This document shows positions 39,224 to 51,358 of a stretch of DNA of 64,000 nt, piece after piece. A model generated the notes under the pieces. It made no database searches and was not told the DNA's origin. It worked only from the letters and a program-made list of their open reading frames with translations. Both the position numbers and the translations under genes were made by a program. The first letter of the stretch is position 1. Every line of letters starts with the position of its first letter. The stretch is from Vitrella brassicaformis CCMP3155 (Eukaryota; Protista; Chromerida), in assembly GCA_001179505.1 (NCBI GenBank), contig CDMY01000027.1, positions 124,001 through 188,000 on the forward strand. Reading direction: 5' to 3'.

Positions 39224-39472
39224 TCATGTTGCGTCACTCTTTGAAGGTTTTGCGGCTGCGCGTTGTGGGCATTTTGATGTTCCCTTCATAAGAGAGACAG
39301 ACAGACAGACAGACATGGGGATATACTGCAGTTCTCCCCGTGACCCCCTCAGTACGTACGTACTCTTTTTCCCTTTCAATGTCGTCGTGTGTCGTATCCA
39401 GCGCATGACATCATATGTGCATTTATCGATAGACGTCTTCGCCTGCGCTGCCTTTTTCCGGCGTTTGTGCAT
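39224..39472 (-). CDS. Possible small spliced basic ORF
   Basis: MHKRRKKAAQAK...KGKK is followed by a GTACGT donor, a (TGTC)n tract and an AG acceptor, then GTSKCPQRAAAKPSKSDAT*. No family recognised. Confidence 0.25.
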   Translation of the reverse strand: MHKRRKKAAQAKTSIDKCTYDVMRWIRHTTTLKGKKSTYVLRGSRGELQYIPMSVCLSVSLMKGTSKCPQRAAAKPSKSDAT

Positions 39473-40048
39473 GCAGAAGAAGTTTGTATCATGCCTATGT
39501 CAGTATTGCGCGTGTCTTCCACTCATGCCAGTAGGGAGGAAGTCGATACGACTGCCTGATCAACACGGAGGCCGACAGACAGACGGTCATGAAGAGACAG
39601 GCGTTTTTGCGTTTGACTGCTGGCTTGGTGCGTCGAGAACGTTACCCGCCGTGACCGACGGCTGCATGGGTCACGACGACATGACGTGCACATGCAGTCG
39701 TGCGAGAGTGAGACATCGCAGTCGTCTGTGACATGAAACGCACTGAGTCACAAACCGATCACAACCATTGTCAGTACCTCCAGACGATTTCATTCCGTCT
39801 TTATTTGGATCTTGCGTCGCAGAAAACAGAGAAACAGTGTGATGTTTCTCGTGTAAGCAATTTGTGAACCTCATGCAGGGTTTGAGTGCAGGGTTCAGTC
39901 TTAAGCTCGCACATCCGAATTAGTCAAGTTTCCCTTTCCTTCCTTCCCTTCCCTTTCCTTTCCTTCCTCTCTCCCTCCTCCCAGGATCCCCTCGGGGTTA
40001 CAGACACGAGTCTCGTTAAACACACTAACCAACCAACCTCCCCTCTAG

Positions 40049-41199
40049 ATGGCGTCCAAGCCAGTCGTCGGTGTGTGTGCGACCTGCGGCTGCCCCGCGA
40101 AGCAATGGTGTTCCAAGTGCAACTCCATTTATTTCTGTGGCAAAGACTGTCAAGTAAGCGCCTCATATACGGCACATACAGCCCTTCTCATTGTCCCCAT
40201 TTGTGTCGCCCGTCAGCGTCAGGCGTGGCCGGAACACAAAAAGCTCTGCGCTGCGCTTCAAGAGGAGTATCTCAAGACTCACCCGCCCAAGAAACAGCAG
40301 GAAGGGACGAAGCAGCCGCAGCAGAAGCCACAGAAGCGACAGCAGGACGTGAACCTTAGAAGCAAGTGGTGGCGTCTGCGGTACGTGTGACATTGTGTGA
40401 CATAGTATGTGTGACTCATTGACTTCCCTCCTTGCTTCATCACTCAGGGCAGGCGCATATCGCACCAAAGAGGAGTTGCTGCAGCTGATGGAGCCGTTTG
40501 ATTTGCCAGAGGGCCTGTCAGAGCACGAGGAGAACGCACGCATCAAGAGAATGTTTGGTCTATGTGACATTCAAGAGACACTCAAATTCTATCCCCCCCA
40601 GGGCGATAACTGGTAACACTATGCCTGGCATATGGAATAGCTCTCAGAGCAGAATGTGGATGCACTGCACTTGCAGGTACCACTATGGCCTTGCCGACCC
40701 GACGAATCGCTCCGGACCTGTGAATCAGGTGGCCTCTCGTACCACCCATCGGAACTTGGCCAGACCCATCCATGGAGATGTGTTCATCGTGTGAGCAGCA
40801 AGAGGGAGGGGCAGGGAGAGCAGTGTACGACACATGCATACACCATTTCCATGTGTCTGTTTTCGCTGCAGTAAGAGCGGGCCAACTTGGACGGGCCACT
40901 TCCCAGGTATCTCCTCGTGTGCTTGAAAGCGGTGACGCATCTTCATCCGACTGTTGTCCTGTGTGCAGGCTCGTGGGAGGCGGAGCCACTGCTGAAGAAA
41001 GGCGACCTTGCCGATGCCATAATGTGGTATGAGACCCAGGACGGGCACCAGACATTTGTCCAGCGGGAACACTCGGTGAGTGAGTGATGACACATCAGCC
41101 AGCAAAAGATGTGCGTGATCTTTGTCTACTTGTCTGCAGCGGGCGTGCAGGCGTTTCGGTGTGAACGTGCCGCCCGACGTCTTCACTGTGCTGGCATAG
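40049..41199 (+). CDS. MYND zinc-finger protein
   Basis: CATCGCPAKQWCSKCNSIYFCGKDCQ/RQAWPEHKKLC; six further exons join in phase to ...PDVFTVLA*. Confidence 0.85.
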
Positions 41200-41407
41200 C
41201 GGTCAAGATACGCAGAGCACAGTTGCCGTGCGTGTCCCTGGTCGCGTGTGGTCCTTTTCTGTACTTATGTCTTTCTCGTCTTTCGTCCGTAGCTGCTTTT
41301 TCATGAGTAAACGTGTGATGCGATCCTGTGGATGTAGAAAAGCAGCGAGAATTCGAGCAGTCGTGACTGAGACTGGGGGCGCATGCATGCGGTGTGTGGG
41401 TTGAAAC

Positions 41408-44397
41408 GTGTACGTACTCGTCCGGCCTCCCATCAGCCAGCTCTTCTTTCCGCCACGTATGTACGGCAGCTGTCCCTCCATCGCCAATCAGGTGTTTGGA
41501 AGCGGTGTTCCGCGCCTCCCAACGAGCGCCGCAGCCCCTTCAGAGCCGGAGACCTTTGATGCCATCATCCGCTCGGCAGAGTCTAATATCCGCTTCGTCA
41601 GCCAGCCGATGGACCCTCCCGTGATCCCTCTGGGTGGCGATTCACGGCTTCTGCTGACAGAGCTGAGAGGAGGGCGACCCTTTTTTGTCTCGCCCGTCAG
41701 CAGTCGCCACTATCAGACAGCACGCTCGCCGCCCTCCCCTCCCCCGCACGCGCATCAAGACGAGCAGGCGAAGGGCTCCGCTGGACAACATGCTTTCTTG
41801 ACGGCGAGGGACGGCAGTGAAGGTGGACCGACGCCTCGTATGCCTCATCCAGCGACAGTGTCTGGTCAGGGAGCCTCGGGGGAGACGGGAAGCGTAGATC
41901 TCGTCACTGTCGCGGCCAATGCCGTTGCCCTGCAACACCAGTACGCTGAGCTGGCCTCTCATCTGCAAGACATGAATCAAAACTACGCCGAGGTGAGACA
42001 GGAACTGTTGGGGCGGCTGGAGACGACCCAGCTGGAGCAGGAAAAGCAAATGCACCGAATGGAGGACAATATGACGGAGAAACTAGAGAACCTCAAAAGT
42101 GAAGACACAGAGACAACAAGCAACCCACGCACGGGATGGATGGGGTGCACGATGTCTCTGTGCGTGATGCAGGTGAGCTGGTTGGCGTGCTGAAGCTGTT
42201 GAAGGACACCATGGATGGAAAGGGCCGCAAGATGGATGACCAGCTAGCTCTCGTGCGACAGCAAATCACCGACCTCGACCTGCGCCTCTCATCCCTCAAT
42301 GAGAAATGCGCGCGCCAAGCCTCTGACATCCACACAGTCCGTGACGACGTGCGGTCTCTCACGGCGGCCGTCGACGGCAAGATCAAGAAGATTGTAGACG
42401 AATTGACGGATCTCTTGTACAAGAAGGTGGACGCACTCGAGACCAAGCAACGGGAGCTCTCTGCAGACTTGCAGGTAGCGAAAGAACATATCACTGTTTG
42501 TGTCTGTGTCTCTTCTCATTCATGTGTCTCTGAGGTGCAGGAGCGTCAATCGAAAGCGCTGTTGGAGGTGGCTGAGGACCATGCAAAGCTGATCCGGCTG
42601 ATGGGCGAGAAGGAGGACAGCTTCAAGAACCAGCTGAGCGACACACAGAAGGGCCTCAAGACCACACCAGTCATCCGAGACATCGAGCGCACCATCGAAG
42701 GCTGTACGGCGCGGCTGGCTGTCTGTGAGGCGTCGATCGATGAAATGGAGAAAGAGAAGCTCGCCGACAGTGGAGGAGTGTCGACGGCTGACCTCTCTTC
42801 GCTCCGCGCGGCGCTATCGCACGAGATCGCAGCTCAGAACCAGGCTTTGCGGGAAGAGATGTACAACATCCTCTATGCCTTGTTTCAGCGACAGCCCGGA
42901 CCATCCGGGCTCACATACCCCGAGCCGCCCCCGCTGCCTCTTGACGGCAGCCTCAGCGAGCGTGGGCAGAAATCGCAGCACAGCGAGCAGTGGGCCAGGT
43001 TTGCCGAAGCGTTCCTCAAGGCGGCCAGTGAGAGACAGCCGAAAACCGGTGCCGGAGCGAACGCCCTCTTCAGCGAAGACAAGGAGCCAGAAGCTCGAGG
43101 ACGGTCGCCTGTATCCCTCTCTCCGTCACGCTCGCCTGCCCCATGCCCCTTGTCCCCCATCTACTGCGCCCGCGAGCGCGACCCGTTCCTCATCTACGAG
43201 AACCACATCGCCCGACTCAACTCGACCCTTTTTGATTTGCAGCACCGCTTCGACCACCAGACAGACCTACTCGAGAAGCTTGTGAAGGCCACACCAAGGG
43301 CTTCACCCCCACAGCCGCCGCCAGCCGTTGGCGGGGACGGCATGACGGTGGTGCGCCTGCCGCCGCGCGTCTTCCCCTCCGCTTCCAGCGATTTCGACTT
43401 CATCATTCCTGACGGCAAAAGCAAAAGCGGCAGGCACATCATGGCCAAACCCAAACCGATGGCGGGAAAGACACAGCAGGAAGGGGAAAAGGTTCCCACG
43501 ACGATCAAGGAGGAGAGCGAGAAGGAGAGAGAGGAAAAGGTCAAGGAAGAGAAGAAAGCACCCCCACCTGTGCTGCATGAAGACCTCATCGCACCAGCAC
43601 CAGCACCAGCAGCACCAGCAGCAAACAAGGAAGAAGCCCTGCCGCCCACACCATCATTTGAGGCAGCGGCAAAGGAAGAGACCCCTCCAGCCCCTCACCA
43701 CGAAGATCACGACATGGTGTCTCACCGGTCAAAGGAGAGCGGCCTTGAGGACGTGCTTGACCTCATTCGTCAGTCGGAGCAGGCTGACAACAAAGACAAA
43801 GAGAAGGCCAGCGAGAGCAGCTGGGACGACTCGCCCGCGGCGGCAGTGAGGGAGCCGCAGACCAAGAAGGAGACACAAGAGGAGACACAGGCTCCCCCAC
43901 CCAAGCCGAAGCCGTTTGAGCCGCCCCCTCCTGTGTCGCAGACACACGACGAGAAGGCCCCTTCGCACAAAGATGACATCGACCTTGACGACGATGAGCG
44001 GCCGGATGTCTTCATGTCCATGAGGAAGGACGACATTCCCTCCCCAACCATCCCCAAAGCAGCCGAGCCCAAGGCGAAGACGAAGGCTTCACCAGCAGCA
44101 GCCGCGGCAGAGGAAGATGATGATTCTGACATCGATATGCCGATCGATGACCTCTACACGCCACCAGCCCCCGCACCGGCACCCAAGAGAGAGCCACTGC
44201 CGCCCCTCGGAGGCAGGCCGGCAGGCACATTGCCCCCCCTCACCGGCGCTGGTGCACGGCCCAAGGGTGGTGAGGCGGAGGCACGAGAGACCCGCGACTT
44301 CCTGAAGAGCCTGTACGACAACGACAAGAAGGACGACTACGGGGATGACACAGACGAGGATGAGGACGACACGTGGGGGGTCAGTGAGGGCAAGTGA
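41408..44397 (+). CDS. Hypothetical coiled-coil / Pro-Glu-rich protein
   Basis: 261-aa and 753-aa ORFs linked by an intron; coiled-coil middle and low-complexity acidic C-terminus. Start codon uncertain. Confidence 0.6.
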
Positions 44398-44812
44398 GTG
44401 AGTGGGTGAGCGAGTGAATGGCGGACTCGGGCATGGGCATGAGTACAATGCAATGGAGCCTCATTGAAGGCAGGTGTGCGTCGGCAGAATGGGTTTCGTC
44501 ACATCTGAATGTACGCAGCATTGATTGTGTCGTAGAAGTCTCATCACGGGTCCATGAGTGCACCACCAGCCCTTTCGCCCAAGAGCTCAACAGAGACTCC
44601 CGCACGCACATGTACAGAAGTTTAGCTCTGTTGGGTGTCGGCATGGCATGAGAGGGGAGAGAGAAGACATGCACACATTCAACCGTCACACCAGCACTGA
44701 CGTATGCTTGCATACAGACAGATAGACAGGCCCGACCCACCAAAGAGAGGTGCACCACGATCACACATCGCGGCTGCAGACACCAGCCAGCTGTCACGCT
44801 CCCGGCTGCTCA

Positions 44813-46371
44813 TCAGGAGGGGAAGGTCGGCACGAACTGCATGTCGTTGTCGACATCGATGGTGTACTTGACGATGTGCTCGTCGATGTACTCCTGCATG
44901 CCGCCCTGATAGAAGCCGATGTGATCGACGTCATTGCAGCAGAGAAAGGCACGGTGCCCCTTGGCGAGCTCCATCATCAGTTCGATGTCTGAACAATCGT
45001 TTAAACACGCATACACACACATGTGTGCGTGAGTGGGCGCGCGTGTGTGGGTGCGGTGCGCATTTCACCGGATCCTTTCATCCTCGTTCGGCCGATGCTG
45101 ATGGTGGGGTGGTACGTCGACTGCTCGGGCGCCACGTGAACATGCACCTCTTCGCTCAGGTGCATCTCGGTCACTTTCTGACACACAAGACACACACCCA
45201 CATTTACTCAGACAGACAGGCATCACATCACACGGGTCCGACGCATGGTTTGCTCACGTACCTGCAGTACTTCCATGTTTTCCTCATGGGCGGTGGGGCA
45301 GAGATCCTCACATGCGCGCGTGTCGTTGTACAACCAGTGGGGGAAGAAGACCTGCACACGTTTTTGATCCACTTGCATATTGGGCAGCCGCGTGTGCTTT
45401 GTGCGTGTGTCGGTCGTCGTACGATGGGAGTCAATCCCCGCCGCCGCATGACATCGATGGCCCTCAGAACGCCGATCAGCAGCAGCTTGTCCCCGAATGC
45501 AGCATCTCGCTGCCTGACGTTCTGCGCGTAGTTGTACGCCACGTCCGCAGCGTCAATCACCACATGCGTCACACTCATACCCTCATCACCCTGAACCGCA
45601 GCAAAAGGACATTGAGCCCACAAAAATGGCACCATTGAGTGGCGTTGGCTTACTGAAGGCATCGGCTGCCTCAGGTCCACTTGAGGAGTTACCTCATTGG
45701 CCGCTGCTGCTACCGCTGCCGCTGGTGGGGGTGTATCTGGTGGTGGCTGGGAAGGGATCACGTCATTCGAGGCGTCGTACCACTCCTCGTCGAGGGCGTT
45801 ACCAGCGCTGCCACCGCCACCACCACCAGCACTGGAGCAGCACAATACACGCACACGCATATCCTGATGCCGTCTGTTCGTCTCTTTCCTCTTTCGCACC
45901 TCTCGGCGTTGCCAGGATGCGGCACGTCGTAATCTAGGGGCAGCATGATTCTCCTGCACGACAGCAGCCAAAAGCGCTGCTTTCGCGACGGCTCCTTCGC
46001 ACCATCGTAGCCTGAACGAACACACACAGCGTCACAGATCAAACGCATGGTCAGAGTTGTCCTCTGCTTACCCACTGCAATGCGCTCTGGCCAGTGCATG
46101 CGCATATCGACTCCATGGAGCTCGAAGTCCGCGTGGCCCTGCTCCTCCTGCTCAGCCGACTCGATGATGGTCGACTCCAAATCGCTGAGAAAAACACACC
46201 GCACACAGCAGTGAAGAGAGCAAGATGATGGTCTCGGTGGATGATCAGGAGCTGCGTCACGGTGTCGTGTGTGTTGCTGGGAGCGCGGCCCATGCAATGC
46301 TCATCTCTGACTGACCCGAAAGGATGCCATGTCGGTCCTCCGTCGTACGAATACTGCCACTGCACCGTCAT
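44813..46371 (-). CDS. WWE domain fused to Zc3h12a/Regnase-type NYN (PIN) ribonuclease domain
   Basis: Spliced N-terminus MTVQWQYSYDGGPTWHPFGDLESTIIESAEQ... (WWE pattern). C-terminus HVVIDAADVAY...RRGLTPIVFFPHW...GSDIELMMELAKGHRAFLCCND...IDEHIVKYT parallels Regnase VIDGSNVA/VFVPSW/YDD/SND. Confidence 0.75.
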
Positions 46372-46509
46372 GCTCACGCCTTTGAATGCAAATAAACTTC
46401 AAGTTGACTCCCTTCCCCCCAACCAACCAACCCCGCAATTCTGAGCTCGCACCCGATCGTTCCATGAACTGAAGGCAGATCTGAGCAGCAATGCATGCAT
46501 TGGTCAACC

Positions 46510-48136
46510 ATGAGATGCATCCTGTCGGTTTTATTCATAACTTCTGCACCCGGAGCTCACCTGTTGCTCAGGCGGAGAGGCAGCGGCATGGAAGATCAGC
46601 GCAGCTATGGGCGCATCAGCGGCTTTGCCGAAGCCTATTTGCTACCCAGGACTGCGGCAAGAGCACGTGGCAAGCATCGCAGCTTGATCCGAGGGCAGCT
46701 TCAAGACTCATCGCGAGGCGAGAAGGGGCCGACGAAGGCGAGCATCCTCTGTGATGACGGGCCGGCATGGCAGCCGGCGCTGATCGATTGGATATGTGCG
46801 AATGGAGGGCGGGTGGGCGATGCTGTCGAGTGTCGCACTGAGGCACTCAACGACGGGAAGTCCTTGCGAGGTGCACTGAAGCCATGCCTTTGACCGCTGT
46901 GTGTGTTTGTGCCATTGTTGTGCCCTCTGTTCAGGGTTGATGGCCATGCGACCAATCGAAGGCCAACGGGTCATTGCAGAGGTCCCGCTGACGTGCTGCG
47001 TTAGCTCTGATGAGTCGATGTTTCTCGAGACGCCCCTAGCTGCTGCCGTGGTCGAGACGAGCTCAGAGAAGCTGAAAGCCATGCCTTGGCACAGTCGGTA
47101 AGGCTGGTGGAGAGATGGTTTCCTCGTCTGTCTTTTGCTACGCCCATGTGTGTGTGGCTGTTCTGCATTCAGTATGGCCATTGCTCTGCTGTACGAGAGG
47201 CGGAAGGGGCCGGCATCGATGTTTGCTCCCTGGCTCGAGTCGCTGCCCGAGCCGCCCACACTGCCGGTAAGTAAGATGCAGGAGTGTGCGTGGACAAACG
47301 AAATGCATTTCGAGACGATGGGCCAGTCGTGATGTGTGCTCTTCTTCAGGTTGATTGGCCTGAGGAGCTGGTTCGCCTGGCGGGGTCTGAGGAGCTCGAG
47401 GTGATGGTCGACGAGCAGTCTGTGTACACAGCCGAGCTCTACATGGACATACAGGTGAGTGGGTGAAGACGGGCATGGGAATCGATGAAAAGAGGATTTT
47501 CATGGTCACGTGATGCAGGATCTGTTTGAGTCGCTTCCCCAGCAGCTGAGGTCGCAGGTGAGGCAGCGAGGAAGAGAGGCAGAAGGCACCATCGATCGAT
47601 TGGCCTTTCTCACTGTTTGGCAGGTGGAGTTTCCTGAGGAGGAGTTCCGAGCCGCCCACCGCCTCGTCACCACCCGCACCATGAGGCTGCCACTAGACCG
47701 AGAGCCGCTGAGGGCAGTGGTGCCGTTGATAGACCTCGCCAACCACAACGACAAGCCAAACTGTCACTTCCAACTCAACGATGCCAAAGACGCCGTGCAG
47801 CTCATCTACACTGGTGAGGTGCCGCTGCAGCCGCCCTGTCAGCTGACCATCGACTACGGCGTTGAAGGAGGGGAAGCTGAGTGTCTCGGCAAGTACGGCT
47901 TCTTGCCGCCATTGGGCGAGAGCGAGGGACATTGTGATGATGTGCTTGGCCTTGGTGAGCTGTTTCGGTTGTGTTGTGGTGCCGATTGGCGGAAGTTGGA
48001 TGAGAAGAGTGTGGCTGACCTGCTGGATAGGCTGGAGGCTGTAGACAGTGTCAGTGGGGATGATGAGTGTGGGGAGGCGAGAGACTGGCTGCTGAGATGG
48101 TCACGAAGACGGATACGCCGTGCCTTTGTGGCGTGA
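46510..48136 (+). CDS. SET-domain lysine methyltransferase, Rubisco-LSMT/SETD3-like, possible organelle leader
   Basis: LIDWICANGG, RGLMAMRPI, FAPWLESLP, LVTTRT, VVPLIDLANHND and IDYG...KYGF motifs; all introns join in phase; hydrophobic N-terminus MRCILSVLFITSAPG. Confidence 0.85.
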
Positions 48137-48672
48137 AGGACGTCTCTCGGAGGGCGTCTTTGCGATGTCCAATGCCCCAAAACCCTCCCCCTCGACTACG
48201 ACAGACAGCGGATGTCGGTTCCCGCAAGCAAACTTGGGGGAGGATGACGCATAGGCTTCCGGGGCCGCCAACATATTCAAGTCATTTCCATGCGGGCGTG
48301 ACTACTGACTACCCAGATTTGTAGGTTTGAGCCTTTCTGTCAGTCAGTCAGTGTGTCAGACCGCGTCTGTCTGAGCGATCGTGGCGTGTTTCATGTCATG
48401 TACCTTTACCCACCTGTATATCTGTCTGTGTGTAGCTTTGAATGAGTGTGACACGCGGGGATGAGGCGTGTTGGACGGGTGGAGGGCTTCAGGCAGGGAC
48501 CTTGATTGATTGTGACTGACATCCGTCGTTCTCTGTCCACTTGTGCTGCTTTCCCCGCTACTCCCCGACACACATGTATCCTCTATGGATGGATTCGCCC
48601 GCCCCCTGTCATGCACATGGAGGCACACCTGTGTTTCAGGCGGGCGGGGCGGATAGCTGATGGACTGACTGG

Positions 48673-48825
48673 TCAGATTCTGCACATGCATTCCTTGTCG
48701 ACGATCGAGTAGAAGCACGTGCCGTTCTTCTCCCCCTCGACACACTTGTTTGTTCTCATTTCCGCGTGGGGCTGCCAACAATCACCGTATTCGCCACACC
48801 AACACGTACAATGGTATATGCGCTG

Positions 48826-48859
<34 letters not shown>

Positions 48860-49304
48860 ACACATAACCACGAGGTTGGTGTGGATGGGAGAGATCAGTG
48901 CATGTGTGCATTGGTTGTTGGTTGCGGTAGACTCACCTTGCACTCCTTCATTGTGTCGAAGTAGCTGCATGTTTGGTATTCCCAGGGAGCCTCAGGGAGG
49001 GTTGCCGTAGCAGGTGCCGTGTCGTTGCGGGAGGCTGTCAAGGTGGCCATGCGGTGCAGGAAGGGACGGGCCTTAACCTGGCCCAGGACACCGGCCGACA
49101 GAGACTTTGAAGCTGCATGAGACACACACGCACCGTGACGGAGACGGGCGGTTCTGCCGCCCTTCTCCTTTTCGACACGCACCCACCCAGGTTGGTGGCA
49201 TTGATGCGTTGCTGGTGGGCTTGCGCAGGTTGGTTGACCGACAGGCACATTACCAGTGCAATACCGACAGCCATCATGATGAAATTCAGCGTCTTGGACA
49301 GCAT
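48673..49304 (-). CDS. Small secreted cysteine-rich protein (three exons)
   Basis: MLSKTLNFIMMAVGIALVMCLSVNQPAQA signal; in-phase GT-AG joins; C-terminal ~60 aa contains 10 Cys and ends ECMCRI*. Confidence 0.7.
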
Positions 49305-50323
49305 CGTTCGTCTAGGCGTCTCTCGAACGAAGAGATGATTCAGCTGTATCAGGATGGGGCAGACAAGGAATGGCTCAAAGCAGCGTTCCTCTCGCGTCTC
49401 AAATCCGAGACGGGGGGCTAGTGGGGGCGAATTTGGGGCCATCATCCATCGGCCCTCTCTCCCCTCCATCCCCCGCGTCCCTAGGTGGTTCTTTGCTCGT
49501 CGCTGGTTGCGCTGCTGCTGCCGGAGCGGCCCGCCTTGTCCGCAGCCATGACCTCTACTGAACCCATCCCCCGCCGCGGAGAGCTCGAAGTCACTGCGGA
49601 AGGTGGGTTCGTCGATGTGAGCCCCCTGCTCCACAGGCAGCTGCTGCTGACGAAAACACACGTACACACACATACACATAAGTACCAGCAAGGTGATGCG
49701 GGCGGGCACTCTCCTCACTTTGATGACATCAAAGTGAGCGGATTTCACGCAATCTGACCTCATCTGCGGCAGCGGCCATCCTCTCTGCTTCTGTCTGCCT
49801 TCTGTGGCCTCCCGTCGTCCGCAGAAAGGCGCGGCGAGATTTTCGCGCCACGAGACGGAGACAGACTCGCAAACCCTGATTTGCGTACGAGCTTGCATCT
49901 TCACATTTTCTCTCACGTTCACCTCTTCTACTCAGGCCACAGATCCTCCATTTCTTTTTCTTTTCGGCTGGTCGTTGGCTTGTGCTGTCCGCCTCATCTC
50001 CATCTACCCCTCCCGACTCGTCCGGATCCCATCGGCCACTTTTTTCCTCCACCGCCGCGCCCCGGGCGAGACCTCGCCTGGTGGCGCCCTGCTTTCTGAG
50101 GAGCGGCTGGCGACTGTCTGGCATCAGCTGAGTGCGCAGGCGCCTTCTTCTCGCATATACCGATCTCCATATGAGTGTGGCCTCGTGTGTCTCTTGCCAA
50201 TGGGTGTGTGATGGTGTGGTGTCTGGATGATTCGTAGGAATGAAGGCATGGTGCATCTCGTTGCCATGGGTGTGCTCAGATGCCTGCCCTTGTCATGTCT
50301 GTGTGTGCAGATGAACTGGTGGT

Positions 50324-50990
50324 TTATTCTTTTTGTTCCCGTCTCATTTTCTCGACGTTTCTCTGAAGGTTGGTGAGGTGGGTGATGGCCTCCCTCAGTC
50401 TCATGTTCACGCTCACATCGGATTTCCTATCTGCCCCTTTCCAGAAACGAGACAGATTCAAAAATTCATCTGATTCATCTTTGTGCCTTGCAGCCTGCCG
50501 AGAGGTTTTCCCAGCGAACGAGACGCCCTCATGGGGATCGCGATGCCTGAGGACGACTCCCTCCCGACCCCGCCTCTCAAGGCGAGCTGAGGGACGGGGG
50601 ATCAACCTGACTGTGACACAGAATCAAGCAGGAAGACATACATGTGTCTCGTCTGTGTGCAGTCTATTCATTCACACACCCGCAGGATTGTGTGGAGTGG
50701 ATCCATGGGTCGGGGCTGCCCATCACGATGCCCATCACGATGCCCATCACGATGCCCATCCGGAGAAAAAGGGTGCGGCATTGCTGATCGAGGCCCTCCG
50801 CCCCTCTCGCATCGCCCACCCCCCCTTCGCCCAAGACCCGGCGGCCCTCCAGCTGGTCTAGGACCGGCAGAGCGGGGTGGAGCTGCTGGTTGAGACTCCC
50901 GAGACATGGGTCACAGTGCGGTCCCTCTTCCATCTGCCCATCTCGGTCAACAGCAAGGTGCCAGCCCTCATGGCCGTGGAGCTGTCCAGC
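50324..50990 (-). CDS. Small hypothetical protein
   Basis: Terminal exon ...VNMRLREAITHLTNLQRNVEKMRREQKE* and an upstream exon with DGHR repeats. Splice phase and start are unresolved. Confidence 0.3.
50717..50760. repeat. 12-bp tandem repeat, about 3.7 copies
   Basis: (tgcccatcacga)x3 plus a partial copy; reads DGHR repeats on the minus strand. Confidence 0.85.
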
Positions 50991-51358
50991 CGAGCAGAAA
51001 AAAGTAGCTGGTGTATTGCGCTGAGGGAAGGAACAGCAGAACGGGAGAAACAGAGGAGGTCACATGTGTTTGTGTGTGTGTGTGTCTGTGTGTGTGTGCA
51101 GGCGTGTTGGTAGGCGCGAAGCTGGTCTGTCGAGGGCAGGTTGCAATCAGGCGTGTGAGATGCTATCTGCGACTGGAGAGTCGAATAAGAGGTCGCCTCC
51201 ACCGGACGTCCAGCGGGGCGGGGAATTTTTATCTGCTGCCGAGGACTCTTTCGTGGGATTGCAAAAAGAGATACGCCGTACGGCGTCCACGTGCAGTTTT
51301 CATAGGGGCAGGAATGGCTTAGTTGGGATACTTCATTTGGACGAAATCTGCGTCGGCC

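Noticed and set aside
49310-49760. Plus-strand ORFs (MIQLYQDGADKEWLK...; MVLCSSLVALLLPE...)
   Set aside because: Short, no family motif, and they lie in the probable 5' region of the minus-strand Cys-rich gene.
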